Source of the DNA: Minisyncoccota bacterium
GTDB lineage: Bacteria > Patescibacteriota > Minisyncoccia > Phycocordibacterales > Phycocordibacteraceae
DNA length: 64,000 nt
Direction of reading: 5' to 3'
Assembly (NCBI GenBank): GCA_035547315.1
Contig: DASZVH010000008.1
Coordinates: 33,233-97,232 of the forward strand
Positions 49,903 through 60,753 of the stretch are shown piece after piece. The notes beneath the pieces were generated by a model. It saw only the letters and a program-made list of their open reading frames with translations. It was not told the origin of the DNA and did not search any database. How positions within the stretch are numbered: position 1 is the stretch's first letter; the number at the start of each line of letters is the position of its first letter. The position numbers were made by a program, and so were the translations under genes.

Positions 49903-51160
49903 CGGGGGCCGACTCTTCCTTGAACCGGCGATAATAAAACAATGAGATCCCCGCGTTAAAGAAGCGCGAGATGAGCTGCGCCCAGATCGCGCCGCCGATG
50001 CCATCGTAGAACGTCAGAACGGGAAGCGCGACGAGAAGGATCGCTCCCGTCGCGAGCGAGATGACGTACTGCTCGCGGACGCGCTTCTTCGCCTGAAAGA
50101 CGGTCGAAAGAATGATGGATGCGAAGCTCAGGATGAGCGTGAGCGCATAGAATTGCGAATACGGGACTGCTTCTATATAGCGGGGGAAGAGGACGCGGAA
50201 AAGGAGCGGCGCTAGGATCACGTAGACGAGAAAGGCGCAGAATATCGCCATCCCGGCATATACCAGCTTGGAGCGCAAGCTCGCGCGGATGTCGGTGATG
50301 GAGCGCCCGGCGAAGCGGGGCAGGGAGAGCGGCACCACGAGCTTGACGAGCTGCTTGATCTGCTCCGGCATCGCGATCGCGAAGGCGTAGACCGCGAGCT
50401 GCGCCGGCCCGAGCAAGCTGAAGACGGCGATGCTATCTACCTTATCCGCGAGAGCGTTGACGATGCCCATGACCGAGAGGTGCCTGCTATAGGAGAAGGT
50501 GCCGGGGTCGGTCGCCGCGTTCTTGGCCTGCCGGAGCGTGAGCAGATAGAAGAGCGCGTCGGCCGCTGCGTTGGCGGCGAAGTAGGCCAGGATGATGAAG
50601 ACCGCGCGATGGGTGAAGAAGAGCGACGCGATGACCGCCGCGACAGGGAAGAGGGCGTTGAGGAAATTGTAGGCCGTATCGCGTACGAACGCTTTCTTGC
50701 CCACGAGGAACGGGCTGAAAAGCGAGAGGCCGTTGAGGAGCGGCAGCAGGAAGGCGACGACGAGCAGCGACGCGCCGAGGAAGGCGTTGCGCGCGAAGAA
50801 GTAATAATACGTCGCGGCGCCGGCGGAGAGCAGGACCACGCCCCAGCTCCAGCGCAGGCTCAGGCGGAATCCCTGCGCGAGCGAGCCCTCATAGCCGCGC
50901 GCAACCGCCTGCGTGACCGCGATACCGATCCCCGAGAGCGAGAAGGCGCCGAAGAGCCCGGCCAAGGAGAGCACGTATTTATAATTGCCGTAGGTATCCT
51001 GCGAGGCGAAGTGGCCGAAGGCGATCGCGGTCGCGAGGCCCAAGAGGACCGAGCCGATCTGCCCGAGCAGGAGCCAAAATCCGCCTTTGGCGAGGTAGAC
51101 CATATCGGTCTGGGTGTATCGCTCGCTCCAGCGCAGGAGGGCTATGATGCGATCCTTCAT
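49880..51160 (-). CDS. Wzx-like oligosaccharide flippase
   Basis: Multi-TM MOP-type protein ([29 protein letters not shown]) within the glycan cluster. Confidence 0.85.
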   Translation of the reverse strand: MKDRIIALLRWSERYTQTDMVYLAKGGFWLLLGQIGSVLLGLATAIAFGHFASQDTYGNYKYVLSLAGLFGAFSLSGIGIAVTQAVARGYEGSLAQGFRLSLRWSWGVVLLSAGAATYYYFFARNAFLGASLLVVAFLLPLLNGLSLFSPFLVGKKAFVRDTAYNFLNALFPVAAVIASLFFTHRAVFIILAYFAANAAADALFYLLTLRQAKNAATDPGTFSYSRHLSVMGIVNALADKVDSIAVFSLLGPAQLAVYAFAIAMPEQIKQLVKLVVPLSLPRFAGRSITDIRASLRSKLVYAGMAIFCAFLVYVILAPLLFRVLFPRYIEAVPYSQFYALTLILSFASIILSTVFQAKKRVREQYVISLATGAILLVALPVLTFYDGIGGAIWAQLISRFFNAGISLFYYRRFKEESAPARNVGSP

Positions 51161-51237
51161 GCGATCCCTACTATAACCGGTTTCCGGCCTGCGGGGTCTC
51201 GCTGGAGCGGGAGGCATGTATTATGTATTATGCGGGA

Positions 51238-53136
51238 ATGACTAAGGCCGAGTATGTCGAGACATACCGACGCTCCGTGGAGGAGCCGGAGGCATTCTGG
51301 AAAGAGGAGGGCCAGCGGATTTCCTGGATGCGCCCTTATACGAAGGTTAAGGAGACCTCTTTTCTCGGCGAGGTGCCCATTCGCTGGTTTGCGGACGGAA
51401 CGCTGAACGCTTCCTATAATTGCATCGATCGTCATCTGGCGGAGCGGGGAAACAAGCCGGCACTGATTTGGGTCGGCAATGCACCGGGCGAGAGCGAGAC
51501 GATAACCTATGCCGAGCTCCATAAGCGTGTCTGCCGCTTCGCGAGCATGCTCAAGCGCAACGGCGTAGCACGCGGCGACCGGGTGACACTCTATATGCCG
51601 ATGATTCCTGAAGCGGTATGCGCCATGCTCGCCTGCGCCCGGCTGGGTGCTATACATTCGGTGGTGTTCGGTGGCTTCTCCCCGGAGAGCTTGGCGAATC
51701 GAATCCTCGATGCTGGCTCCCGCATTGTGATCACTGCCGACGAAGGAATGCGTGGCGATAAACGGGTGCCTCTCAAGCACAACGTCGACCAAGCCCTGCA
51801 GAAAGCCCAGGGTGTCGAGCGCGTGCTCGTCGCGCGTCGTACCGGCACGCCGATCGCCTGGGACGACGCACGCGACCGCTGGATCTCTGACGAGCTCGAG
51901 GATTGTGAGAGCGACTGCTCTCCCGAAGAGATGGGGGCAGAAGATCCTCTCTTCATCCTCTATACGTCCGGTTCGACCGGCAAGCCCAAAGGCGTACTGC
52001 ATACTACCGGCGGGTATCTCGTGTATGCGGCTCTGACGCACCAGCATGCGTTCGACCTGCGAGAACATGACATTTACTGGTGCACCGCCGATGTCGGGTG
52101 GATTACCGGCCACAGCTATATGGTCTATGGCCCGCTCGCCAACGGCGCCACCGTGCTGATGTATGAGGGCCTCCCAGCATATCCGTCGCCCGCGCGCTTC
52201 TGGGAGATTGTCGATGAATGGAACGTTTCTATTCTCTATACATCGCCGACGGTTATTCGTTCGCTCATGGCGGCCAGCGACGCGTACGTCACGAAGACCA
52301 GTAGGAAATCATTGCGGGTCTTAGGTACCGTTGGAGAGCCGATTAACCCCGAAGCATGGAGATGGTATGACGAGGTTATTGGCGAAGGTCGCTGCCCGAT
52401 TGTAGACACCTGGTGGCAGACCGAAACTGGTGGCATCGCGATCGCTCCCATCCCGGGCGCGGCGCCGCAAAAGCCCGGCTCGGCTTCCTGGCCCTTCTTT
52501 GGCATACGCCCCGCAATTGCAGACGAAGAGGGGATTGTGCAGGAGAACGCAACGGAAGGCCATCTTGTCATCCTCGATAGTTGGCCAGGGCAAGCACGCA
52601 CTCTCTGGGGTGATCACCAGCGTTTTATTGAGACATATTTCTCCAAAGTGCCTGGTGCTTACTTTACCGGCGACGGGTGTCGCGTCGACGAAGACGGCTG
52701 CTGGTGGATTACCGGGCGCGTCGACGATGTCATCAACGTTTCCGGTCACCGGCTCGGCACCGCAGAGGTAGAATCGGCCCTCGCAGGGCATCCCGCGGTC
52801 GCGGAATCTGCGGCGGTCGGGTACCCGCATCCGATCAAGGGCAGCGGCCTCTTCTGTTTTGTCGTCCTGCGCGAAGGTCAGCAGGCCTCGGAAGAGCTCA
52901 AGGCCGGGCTTATCCGATGCGTGCGGGCTGAGATCGGCCCGATAGCCACTCCAGATCGGCTGCATTTCACCAAAGGTCTGCCCAAAACTCGCTCCGGCAA
53001 GATCATGCGTCGCCTCTTGCGGACGTTGGCTGCGGGCGAGCGGGGGTTCGGCGATATCTCCACCCTCGTAGATCCGACGGCGATAGATGATCTCGCAGTT
53101 GAGCTCGGCATGGGCGTCCTGCCGGACGCGACCTGA
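51238..53136 (+). CDS. acs: Acetyl-CoA synthetase (AMP-forming)
   Basis: [52 protein letters not shown] and [12 protein letters not shown]. Start is 51223 or 51238. Confidence 0.95.
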   Translation: MTKAEYVETYRRSVEEPEAFWKEEGQRISWMRPYTKVKETSFLGEVPIRWFADGTLNASYNCIDRHLAERGNKPALIWVGNAPGESETITYAELHKRVCRFASMLKRNGVARGDRVTLYMPMIPEAVCAMLACARLGAIHSVVFGGFSPESLANRILDAGSRIVITADEGMRGDKRVPLKHNVDQALQKAQGVERVLVARRTGTPIAWDDARDRWISDELEDCESDCSPEEMGAEDPLFILYTSGSTGKPKGVLHTTGGYLVYAALTHQHAFDLREHDIYWCTADVGWITGHSYMVYGPLANGATVLMYEGLPAYPSPARFWEIVDEWNVSILYTSPTVIRSLMAASDAYVTKTSRKSLRVLGTVGEPINPEAWRWYDEVIGEGRCPIVDTWWQTETGGIAIAPIPGAAPQKPGSASWPFFGIRPAIADEEGIVQENATEGHLVILDSWPGQARTLWGDHQRFIETYFSKVPGAYFTGDGCRVDEDGCWWITGRVDDVINVSGHRLGTAEVESALAGHPAVAESAAVGYPHPIKGSGLFCFVVLREGQQASEELKAGLIRCVRAEIGPIATPDRLHFTKGLPKTRSGKIMRRLLRTLAAGERGFGDISTLVDPTAIDDLAVELGMGVLPDAT

Positions 53137-53179
53137 ATCAGAAGCTTCGTGGTAGAGTTGCCCGCATAATGCCGCGCCC

Positions 53180-54334
53180 ATGAAGGTCGCCGTTATCATA
53201 CCCACCTATAACGAAGCGGGAGCGATCGGCGGGCTCCTCGACGAGCTCGCGGGCGTCCTCAGCGGCGCACCCAGGTACGAGTGGCGCGTCCTCGTGGTGG
53301 ACGCGAACTCGCCCGACGGTACTGCGGGCATCGTGCGCGCCGCGGCCGAGCGCCACCCAGGCCTGATCGAGCTCCTCGAGGAGCCCGAGAAGCGCGGTAT
53401 CGCGGCCGCCTACCTGCTCGGCATGCGCTACGCGATCGACACGCTCCGCGCCGACGTGTTCGTCGAGTTCGACGGCGACGGCCAGCACGATCCGCGCGAC
53501 ATCCCGCGGCTCATCCGCGCGCTTGAGGAGGGCGCGGATTACGCGATCGGCTCGCGCTATGTCGAAGGTGGCGCGATCCCGCGCGAGTGGGCGCTCTACC
53601 GCAAGATCCTCTCGCGCTTCGGCAGCTTGTACGCGCGGCTCTTGCTCGAGCTGCCCGTGCATGACGCGACCTCGGGGCTCAAGGCGACCCGAGTCGCGAC
53701 CTTGGCCGCCGCGCTTCCGCTCGAGGAGCGGCAGCTCGTCTCGCGCCAGTACGCCTACAAGCTGCAGTTCCTCTACGCGGCGGCGCTCGCGGGCGCGCGC
53801 ATCCGCGAGATCCCGATCACCTTCCGCATGCGCGCGCACGATATCTCGAAGAGCGCGGCCGGCGACATCTTCGAGTCGCTCCGGCTCACCCTTATCCTGC
53901 GCGCACGCACGCTCGCGCGCTGGCGGCTCCTGCGGGTCGCGCTCGTGAGCGGGGCCGGCCTCCTCTTCCAGGCGGCGTTCTTCGAGATCGCGGGCGTGTG
54001 GCTGCATTTGCTTGCGCCTTCTATCGCGGTGCTTATCGCGGGCGAGCTCGCCGTCTTCCTCAATTTCGCGCTCCACGAGCGTTTCTCCTTCCGCGACAAG
54101 CGGGAGGCGGCCGCGCCGCTTGCGCCGCGGCTCGTGCGCTTCCAGATCCTCTCCCTGCTCTCGATCGCGGCGCAGTGGATCCTGGTCCATGCGGCCGAGC
54201 TTGCCGGCGCGGGGCCGCTTTTGCTGAACATCGCGTACGCGCTCGGCGTCGCGCTCGGCTTCCTCGCGATCTATGCCGGCGCCTATTTCTGGGTCTGGGG
54301 CGCGCGGGCGGATACCGGCACCAGTGCGCTTTGA
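53180..54334 (+). CDS. GT2 polyprenol-phosphate glycosyltransferase fused to a GtrA-like domain
   Basis: IIPTYNE, VVDANSPDGT, FDGDGQH, GSRYV and DATSG, then a four-TM GtrA-like region (NFALHERFSFRD). Confidence 0.88.
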   Translation: MKVAVIIPTYNEAGAIGGLLDELAGVLSGAPRYEWRVLVVDANSPDGTAGIVRAAAERHPGLIELLEEPEKRGIAAAYLLGMRYAIDTLRADVFVEFDGDGQHDPRDIPRLIRALEEGADYAIGSRYVEGGAIPREWALYRKILSRFGSLYARLLLELPVHDATSGLKATRVATLAAALPLEERQLVSRQYAYKLQFLYAAALAGARIREIPITFRMRAHDISKSAAGDIFESLRLTLILRARTLARWRLLRVALVSGAGLLFQAAFFEIAGVWLHLLAPSIAVLIAGELAVFLNFALHERFSFRDKREAAAPLAPRLVRFQILSLLSIAAQWILVHAAELAGAGPLLLNIAYALGVALGFLAIYAGAYFWVWGARADTGTSAL

Positions 54335-54347
54335 TACGATGGGTAGC

Positions 54348-55670
54348 ATGAAATCGTGGCTCGCCCGCCGCACGCCCGCCGAGTGGCTCACCGCGCTCCT
54401 TGCCGCCGCCTTCCTGCTCACCTTCGGCTGGGCGCTCTATTTCCAGATCGTTCCGCAGGTGGACGCCGCGCACTACGAGAGCATCTCGAGCAATATCGCG
54501 GCAGGGGACGGCTACCGCATGGTTGCCGGCACGCCGCTCGCGAGCGACGACGCGATCGCGAGCGTCGGGCCTTTGTACGAATTCTTCCTTGCGCTTCTGC
54601 TGCGCGTCTTCCATTTCCAGCTTGCCTTCGTCTGGCTCGCGCAGGCGCTCTTGGATGTCGCGACGGGCTTCCTGCTCTTCCTCACCGCGCGGCGCGCGTT
54701 CGGCAAAGCGGACGGGGAATATATGGGGCTCATCGCCGCGGGGCTCTATCTTTTCTGCATCGACATCGTCCAGATGCCGGCGATGCTGATGACCGAGACG
54801 CTCTATCTTTTCCTGATCGCCTTCACGACGTATCTCTTCGTCCGCTTGTATCAGGAGCCGGGCTATGCGAACGCCGCACTGCTCGGCGTTGCGGGCGCGT
54901 TCGCGGTGCTCACGCGCCCGACCGCCCTTCTCATGCTGATTCTCGTATTCATCGCCGCGCTCGCCCTGCGCCGCTACAAGCAGGCGGCGGCGCTGCTTTT
55001 CTGCAGCGTGCTCGTGATCGCGCCGTGGACGCTCCGCAATTATTTCGTCTACCACTCCTTCATCCTCACCACGGCCGCGGGCGGCTACGACCTCTGGATG
55101 GGCAACAACGCGGGCGCCGACGGCGGCGCGCATCCGACGCCGGAGATCGTCGCGTACGCCGCCTCGCACACCTTCACGCAGACCGCCGCCTACGGCGACG
55201 CGCAGTTCAAGCAATTTATCTTCGGGCATCCGCTTGCCGAAACGAAACTCCTCGCCGAGAAGACGATCGCATACGCGAGCGTCGCGCGGCCCTATGCCTT
55301 CTGGTTCTACCTTTCCGGCCTCGCGCAGAAGATCGTGCTCGTATGGTCGGCGGCGTGGTCCTTCATCCTCTTCTCGCTCGGGCTCGCGGGCGCGTGGCTC
55401 CTTTGGGAATCGAAGCAGCCGCTCTATCGCTGGCTCTTGGCGCTTGCCGTTCTCATGCCGGCCTCGGTAATCCCGATCATCGTCGAGACGCGCTACCGCC
55501 TGCCGCTCTACCCGTTCCTCGCGCTCTTCGCGGGCTACTTTGCCGTGCGGCTCTATCGCGACCGTTCGCTCTCGAAAGTGCTCGGCGTTGCGGCGGCGCT
55601 CATCGTCGCGGACGCGGCGGTCGACGGCGCGAGCCACCTCGGCCTCATTCTCGACCGGCTCGGGCTCTAG
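54348..55670 (+). CDS. GT-C (ArnT/PMT-like) membrane glycosyltransferase
   Basis: DAAHY, PLY, MTETLY, LTRP, PWTLRNY and RYRLP in a multi-TM protein. Confidence 0.82.
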   Translation: MKSWLARRTPAEWLTALLAAAFLLTFGWALYFQIVPQVDAAHYESISSNIAAGDGYRMVAGTPLASDDAIASVGPLYEFFLALLLRVFHFQLAFVWLAQALLDVATGFLLFLTARRAFGKADGEYMGLIAAGLYLFCIDIVQMPAMLMTETLYLFLIAFTTYLFVRLYQEPGYANAALLGVAGAFAVLTRPTALLMLILVFIAALALRRYKQAAALLFCSVLVIAPWTLRNYFVYHSFILTTAAGGYDLWMGNNAGADGGAHPTPEIVAYAASHTFTQTAAYGDAQFKQFIFGHPLAETKLLAEKTIAYASVARPYAFWFYLSGLAQKIVLVWSAAWSFILFSLGLAGAWLLWESKQPLYRWLLALAVLMPASVIPIIVETRYRLPLYPFLALFAGYFAVRLYRDRSLSKVLGVAAALIVADAAVDGASHLGLILDRLGL

Positions 55671-55673
55671 CCG

Positions 55674-56324
55674 CTATGCCGGCCGGCGCAACTCGAGAAA
55701 GACGAGGCCGAGCGGGAGCGGCTGCAGGAGGAAGACGCGCGCGTGGGGCGTCACGGCCTTGCCGACTTCGAGCAATTCCTTCCGATCGAAAAAGCGCTGC
55801 TCGGTCCACGGCCAGAATCGGCGGAGGAAGCGCGGGCGCGTGAGCTTGTACCAGAGCGTGTGATACGAGTATTTATACGGCACGGAAAGGAGCGCGACTC
55901 CGCCGGGCGCCAGCATGCGGTAGTGCTCGCGGGCGATCAATACCGGATCCTCGAAATGCTCGAGGAGGCCCTGGCTCCAGACGAAGTCGAAGCGCTCCTC
56001 AAGCGCGAGCTTCGTGCAGTCGTCGAGCATAAAGGAGGCGTTCGAAAGGCCGAGGCGCTTCGCAGCGGCGTTCGCCTGCGCGACCGCGGCGGGAGAGATG
56101 TCGATCCCGACCAGCTTCTTGATCCGTGGCGCCATCGAGATCGTGAGCGAGGCGCGGCCGCTTCCGAGCTCGAGCAGGGAAGAGTCGGGAGAGAGATATT
56201 CGCGGAGCGTCCGGCGGAAGAACCAGTTGTAGACCGAGCGCCCCGCGTCTATGGCCGCGTCGAAGAATCCCCGCCGCTCCCAGATTTCCTCCCACTGCCC
56301 CGCCTGTTCCGTGCCGGTTTGCAT
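55674..56324 (-). CDS. Class I SAM-dependent methyltransferase
   Basis: LELGSGRA, GIDIS, FDFVWSQGLLEHF and LAPGG. Confidence 0.88.
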   Translation of the reverse strand: MQTGTEQAGQWEEIWERRGFFDAAIDAGRSVYNWFFRRTLREYLSPDSSLLELGSGRASLTISMAPRIKKLVGIDISPAAVAQANAAAKRLGLSNASFMLDDCTKLALEERFDFVWSQGLLEHFEDPVLIAREHYRMLAPGGVALLSVPYKYSYHTLWYKLTRPRFLRRFWPWTEQRFFDRKELLEVGKAVTPHARVFLLQPLPLGLVFLELRRPA

Positions 56325-56362
56325 GCGAGGACTATAGCATTTCAAGTGCTATGATGCGGGCC

Positions 56363-57418
56363 ATGTCCGCGGATGCCCGCATGCGGTTCGCGCCGCTCGC
56401 CGCCCTCTTTCTCGCCGGTATCGCGCTCGTCGTTTTCAAGCTTTGCGCGTTCGGCGTCGCGCCCAACAGCGACTACTATTCCTATCTCGAGACCGCCGCG
56501 TTCTTCCGCGGAGAAGCGGGCGCGCAGGTTTTTCCTAATCGGATCTTGAAGCCGCTTGAGCCGCTCATGATCGCGGCCGAGGAGAGCGTCCTCTCTCCGG
56601 AGCATGCGTTCGTTGTGCAGATCGTCTTCTTCTATTTTCTCCTGCTTGGTGCCTGCTACTTCTTCGGCCGCGCGTTCGGCTTCTCGCGCGCGGAGAGCGC
56701 GCTCGCGGGGCTCTTCATCGGCGGCAGCTATCCGGTGCTGCGCTACGGCCTCGACCTTTATACCGAGACGGGCGCGCTCTTCTTCTATATTCTCGCGCTC
56801 ACGCTCACGCTCCTCTATCTGCGCGCGCCGGCGAGGCGGATTCTCTACGCGAATATCGCCGTCGTTACCATCGGCGCTTTATGGAAGGAATACAGCATCG
56901 TCGCGGGCGCCGTTTTCGGCTTCGCGATCCTCTTCCATCCGCAGCTCTCGTGGCGCGCGCGTTTCGCCGCGCTCGCCGCCTACGCGGGGATTTTCCTCGC
57001 GATCAATCTCGCCTGGCAGGCGTACGTCTATCGCGTCTATGACTATTCCTACTTTTCCTTCTATGCCGAGGACGGCGCGCCCGGCTACTATGAGTTCACG
57101 TTCAAGAACGTGGCCAAGAGCTTGGCCGCGCTTCTCGGGCTTGCGTGGCTGCTCGTTCCTTTTGGCCTCGCGCGCTGGCGCGCGCTCGAAGCGTGGCAGC
57201 GGCGGTTCTTCATGTTCGCAATCCCACTTTCCGCGATGGCATTCCTCTGGGGGTTCGTCTCCTCGCGCCTCTACTTCGTCATCGCTCCGGCCTTCGTGCT
57301 TTTGGCCCTTCTCAGCCTCGCGCGGGTGCGCTCGCCGCTCGCACGCTCTGCGCTTGTCGCACTGGTCCTTGCCGCGAATCTCGCGTGGCTCGCGCTCTCC
57401 TTCCGCATCACGCTTTAG
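56363..57418 (+). CDS. Multi-TM protein, probable GT-C glycosyltransferase
   Basis: First loop SDYYSY...RILKP, LYTE, WKE and SSRL, with about 10 TM segments. Confidence 0.65.
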   Translation: MSADARMRFAPLAALFLAGIALVVFKLCAFGVAPNSDYYSYLETAAFFRGEAGAQVFPNRILKPLEPLMIAAEESVLSPEHAFVVQIVFFYFLLLGACYFFGRAFGFSRAESALAGLFIGGSYPVLRYGLDLYTETGALFFYILALTLTLLYLRAPARRILYANIAVVTIGALWKEYSIVAGAVFGFAILFHPQLSWRARFAALAAYAGIFLAINLAWQAYVYRVYDYSYFSFYAEDGAPGYYEFTFKNVAKSLAALLGLAWLLVPFGLARWRALEAWQRRFFMFAIPLSAMAFLWGFVSSRLYFVIAPAFVLLALLSLARVRSPLARSALVALVLAANLAWLALSFRITL

Positions 57419-57445
57419 CGGAGCGGCTTCAGTTATACTTGTCGC

Positions 57446-57799
57446 ATGGCCTATCTTTTCCTGGCGCTCGCGTTTCTCTGCAATGGCGCGGCCAACGTCC
57501 TGCTTAAGGTCGCGGCGATGCGCGGCTTTTCCTTCGCGGGGGTTTTGGGAGGCGATTGGAACATGGCGACCTTTACCGCCCTTGCCGCCGCTGGGCTGTT
57601 CGCGCTCAATCTCTGTTTTTATCTCGCCGCGCTCGAAAAGATCCCGCTCTCGCTCGGGTATCCGGTGATGATCGGCATGACGTTCCTGATAACGATCGCC
57701 GCATCTCTTTTCCTCGGGGAGCGCATCGCGCTCGTGCAAGGCCTCGGCATGGCGCTCATTGTCGTCGGTATCCTCCTTGCCGCCCGCTTTGCCGCTTAG
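57446..57799 (+). CDS. SMR/EamA small membrane protein (ArnE/F-like flippase candidate)
   Basis: Four TM segments with ANVLLK, IPLSLGYP and LFLGERI. Confidence 0.8.
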   Translation: MAYLFLALAFLCNGAANVLLKVAAMRGFSFAGVLGGDWNMATFTALAAAGLFALNLCFYLAALEKIPLSLGYPVMIGMTFLITIAASLFLGERIALVQGLGMALIVVGILLAARFAA

Positions 57800-58890
57800 A
57801 TTTTTTCGAATACCCCGCGCCAAATGCGCATGCCCGCGAAGTAGCCCTCGAGAAACGCGCGCTCGTCATCCTTGAGCGATATTTTAGAAAAGGCCGCCGG
57901 CAGTGATTCCGCGAGCTCCGCATAGCAGGTCCGATAATCCCTTCCGGAGAGGGGAAGCGCCGCGAGCGTCTCCACGAAGCCGAGCGTGAGCGCATGGCCG
58001 TAGCGCTCCATGTCGAGGTCGCGCCAGTAGTTATGCGGGTTGCGCTCCTGCTTCACCAACGGCTCTCCGAAGGCGATTGAGTCGCCGAGATGATCGGCGA
58101 TCTTTTTCAGGATGTACGAGGCCCAGATGTCGTCATAGCGGCCGACTTTGGGCGAGAGGAAATACGCCGGAATAACCGCGCGCGCGAGCGCCGTGTTTTG
58201 CGAATTGAACGGCGTCCACGTGCCGTTCGCGGGAGTGACGCGGTCGTTCCGCGCGAGCTTCGTCGCCTCGGTGGGATCGGTGAAATGGTAGAGCCGCTCG
58301 AGCGCGTCCACGTCCGGATCGCCGAGCCAAAGCCCTGCGCTTGCGACCGGCGCGGCGGTTGTTTTCCGCTCGGTCCATAGCTCCTCTATGCGCTTCTCGA
58401 GCGGAAAGCCGCGATGGTAGAAGGTCCGGCCGTGCTTCTCCTTGAGCAGGCGGCAGACATTCATCCAGCCGGTCGAGGAAGAGATCTCGGTCATCTCCCG
58501 CTTTTGCCCTATGCCGTGCGTGCCGAGATAATCCTCGGTCGCAAGGAAATTGTCGTCGTCGATCGTCGCGAGCCACGGGCAGCCGGACTCGTATGCGAAG
58601 AGGATACCGACATTGCGGCGCATGATGCAGTTCCATTGGATGTGGTCGCGAAGCGCGGGGAAGCGGGAGAGGTATTCCTCCTGGCGCTCGGGCGGGAAAT
58701 ATTCGACGGGGAATCCGGAGCGTTCGGCGAGGCCGGCGCAATAAGTCGCGGTCTCGGGCGGCGTCTTCTTGTCGCCGACGACGATGAAGACGACGGCGCG
58801 CCCATGCTTCTTCGCGTCTTCGGCGTAGGAGTCGAGGAGTTTCGGGACGAATATCGTCGTCGTCACGATGGCGATCTTTCCGTCGTACAT
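57796..58890 (-). CDS. RGP (GT75, UDP-arabinopyranose mutase)/STELLO-like protein
   Basis: VGDKKTP, RRNVG, TIDDDN, RGFP, GLWLGDPDVDA, PFNSQNT and GRYDDIWASY. Confidence 0.75.
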   Translation of the reverse strand: MYDGKIAIVTTTIFVPKLLDSYAEDAKKHGRAVVFIVVGDKKTPPETATYCAGLAERSGFPVEYFPPERQEEYLSRFPALRDHIQWNCIMRRNVGILFAYESGCPWLATIDDDNFLATEDYLGTHGIGQKREMTEISSSTGWMNVCRLLKEKHGRTFYHRGFPLEKRIEELWTERKTTAAPVASAGLWLGDPDVDALERLYHFTDPTEATKLARNDRVTPANGTWTPFNSQNTALARAVIPAYFLSPKVGRYDDIWASYILKKIADHLGDSIAFGEPLVKQERNPHNYWRDLDMERYGHALTLGFVETLAALPLSGRDYRTCYAELAESLPAAFSKISLKDDERAFLEGYFAGMRIWRGVFEKI

Positions 58891-58891
58891 A

Positions 58892-59959
58892 TCAATCGAG
58901 AGAGAAGGGGAGTTCGGTCCCCGCGAGCCGCTCGTGCGCGCCGGCGAGTACCATCGCGAGACCTTCCTCGAGCGAGAGTTTCGGCTTCCAGTCGATCTCG
59001 CGTGCGAGGCGCGTCGTGTCGGCATACCGATTCGCGACGCCGACCGGCTTGTCGGAGAGCGGCCGTATCTTCGCGCTTCGCTTCTCGACGGTGAGCATTT
59101 TCTTGATGAGGTCGAGGAAGGAGGTGATCGTGCCGGTGCCGATGTTGACGCCCGAGCCGTCGGAAATGCGGTCGAGGATCGCGAAGAACGCATCGACGCA
59201 ATCGTCGATATGAATGAAATCGCGGCTTTGTGCGCCGGTGCCCCAGACCTCGATCGGATCGTCGCCGCGCGCAATCCGGAGCGCGATCGAGGGCGTGGGG
59301 TAGGTGAGATCCTGATCCTCGCCGAAGCCGGAGAAGGGCCGGACGCAAGCGATCCGGACGCCGTAGCGTTCGTGCGCGAGGCGCGCGAGATACTCGCCGG
59401 TCAGCTTCGACCAGCCATAGGTCATGTCGGGCGTCCCGAGGTCGGCCTTGAAATCGATCATATGCTCGGCGAGCGCGACGGCGCCCTCGCTCTTCTGTAG
59501 CCGGGTGGGATAGGCCGCCGAGGAAGAGGCGTAGAGCACGCGGCCGGCCTTGTCCGGGAAGCGCGAAAGCCAGAGGAAGAAAGCGGCGTCTATGCCGAGG
59601 TCGGTCGCGACCAAGAGCGGATCGCCGTCTATAAGCGCGCGGCCGCCGACGATGGAAGCGAGATGGAAGATATCGCCGAAGGCGGGCAGTTCTACCGGGT
59701 GCGTGCCTGCCGCCTGCTCATGGAAGAAGGCGATCGCGTCGGCTTTATGGAATACGATAGTCCGGCCGCTTTTGGTAAAGCGCGTAAAGCCGCGCTCGGG
59801 CTCTTTCTTCCAGCTCGCGAGCCATTCTTCGGGCGCGTGTCCGCTGGCGATCGAGAGGTTGTCCACGATCCAGATTTCCCGGTAGCCGCGGGCGAGCAAT
59901 CCTTTCACAAGATGCCGACCGACGAATCCGCATCCGCCAGTGATGAGGACGGGCTTCAT
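58892..59959 (-). CDS. NAD-dependent nucleotide-sugar epimerase/dehydratase
   Basis: ITGGCGFVGRHL, SSSAAYP, YGWSK and RDFIHIDD. Confidence 0.9.
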   Translation of the reverse strand: MKPVLITGGCGFVGRHLVKGLLARGYREIWIVDNLSIASGHAPEEWLASWKKEPERGFTRFTKSGRTIVFHKADAIAFFHEQAAGTHPVELPAFGDIFHLASIVGGRALIDGDPLLVATDLGIDAAFFLWLSRFPDKAGRVLYASSSAAYPTRLQKSEGAVALAEHMIDFKADLGTPDMTYGWSKLTGEYLARLAHERYGVRIACVRPFSGFGEDQDLTYPTPSIALRIARGDDPIEVWGTGAQSRDFIHIDDCVDAFFAILDRISDGSGVNIGTGTITSFLDLIKKMLTVEKRSAKIRPLSDKPVGVANRYADTTRLAREIDWKPKLSLEEGLAMVLAGAHERLAGTELPFSLD

Positions 59960-60684
59960 GTCCCGCTACTATAGCGCAGTTTGTAGAGAGGCAGGAAGCG
60001 CACCCGCAGGCCGACTTTGGCGTAGGCCATGATTTGGCCGAGGTCGGCATGGCTCACGCCTTCGGTGCGCGCGCGCCACGGCGCGGAAATCTCCACCGCC
60101 CGATAGCCGAGCCGCAGCGGCTTCACGATCGTCTCAAAAAGGAACGGGAAGCGCGTTTCTTCCCAGCGGATCCCTTTGAGTACTTCGGCGCGATAGGCGC
60201 GATAGGCATAGGTCAGGTCGGTGAGGCGCGTCCAATAGAGCGTGCGGAAGAAAAGCTGGAAAAGGTAATTGCATACGAGCTTCACCGGATGGTAGCCGGT
60301 GAAATGCGCGCCGCCGCGCCACCGACTGGTCGCCGCGATGTCGGCGCCCGCGTCAAGCGTGGCGACCAGTTGCGGCAACACCGCCGGATCGGTCTCGAGA
60401 TCCGAAGCCATGAGGACGACGTACGCACCCTTCGCGCGGGCGAAGGCCTCTTGAATGGCGCCGCCGATTCCGGGACGCGACTGATCGAAAGCGACGACCG
60501 CTTCGCCGAAGCGGCCGCGCAGTTCTTCGATCGTCGCGCGGCAGGCCGCGGTCGTGAGCTTCGGGGAAGTGACCATGAGGAATTCGAGATCCCGATCGCG
60601 AAGCAGGGAGGCGGCGCGCTCCGCGGTTTCGGCGAGGGAATAGGTCTCATCGGTCGCGGGCAGGACGAGCGATACCGAGCGCAT
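59956..60684 (-). CDS. GT2 (Dpm1/ArnC-like) glycosyltransferase
   Basis: VSLVLPATDE, GIGGAI, MASDLETDP, TSRW, TDLTYAYR and WRARTEGVS. Confidence 0.82.
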   Translation of the reverse strand: MRSVSLVLPATDETYSLAETAERAASLLRDRDLEFLMVTSPKLTTAACRATIEELRGRFGEAVVAFDQSRPGIGGAIQEAFARAKGAYVVLMASDLETDPAVLPQLVATLDAGADIAATSRWRGGAHFTGYHPVKLVCNYLFQLFFRTLYWTRLTDLTYAYRAYRAEVLKGIRWEETRFPFLFETIVKPLRLGYRAVEISAPWRARTEGVSHADLGQIMAYAKVGLRVRFLPLYKLRYSSGT

Positions 60685-60753
60685 TGCGATCAGTATAGCG
60701 AGGCCCCGGTTGCGGCGCGAGGCATGCTATCATCGGGCGCACGAGCCCATAGC

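Noticed and set aside
60034-60753. Extended N-terminus of the 787-aa ORF (similarly 58891-59274 and 42064-42504)
   Set aside because: These extensions overlap genuine genes on another strand or frame. Downstream ATGs give coherent proteins.
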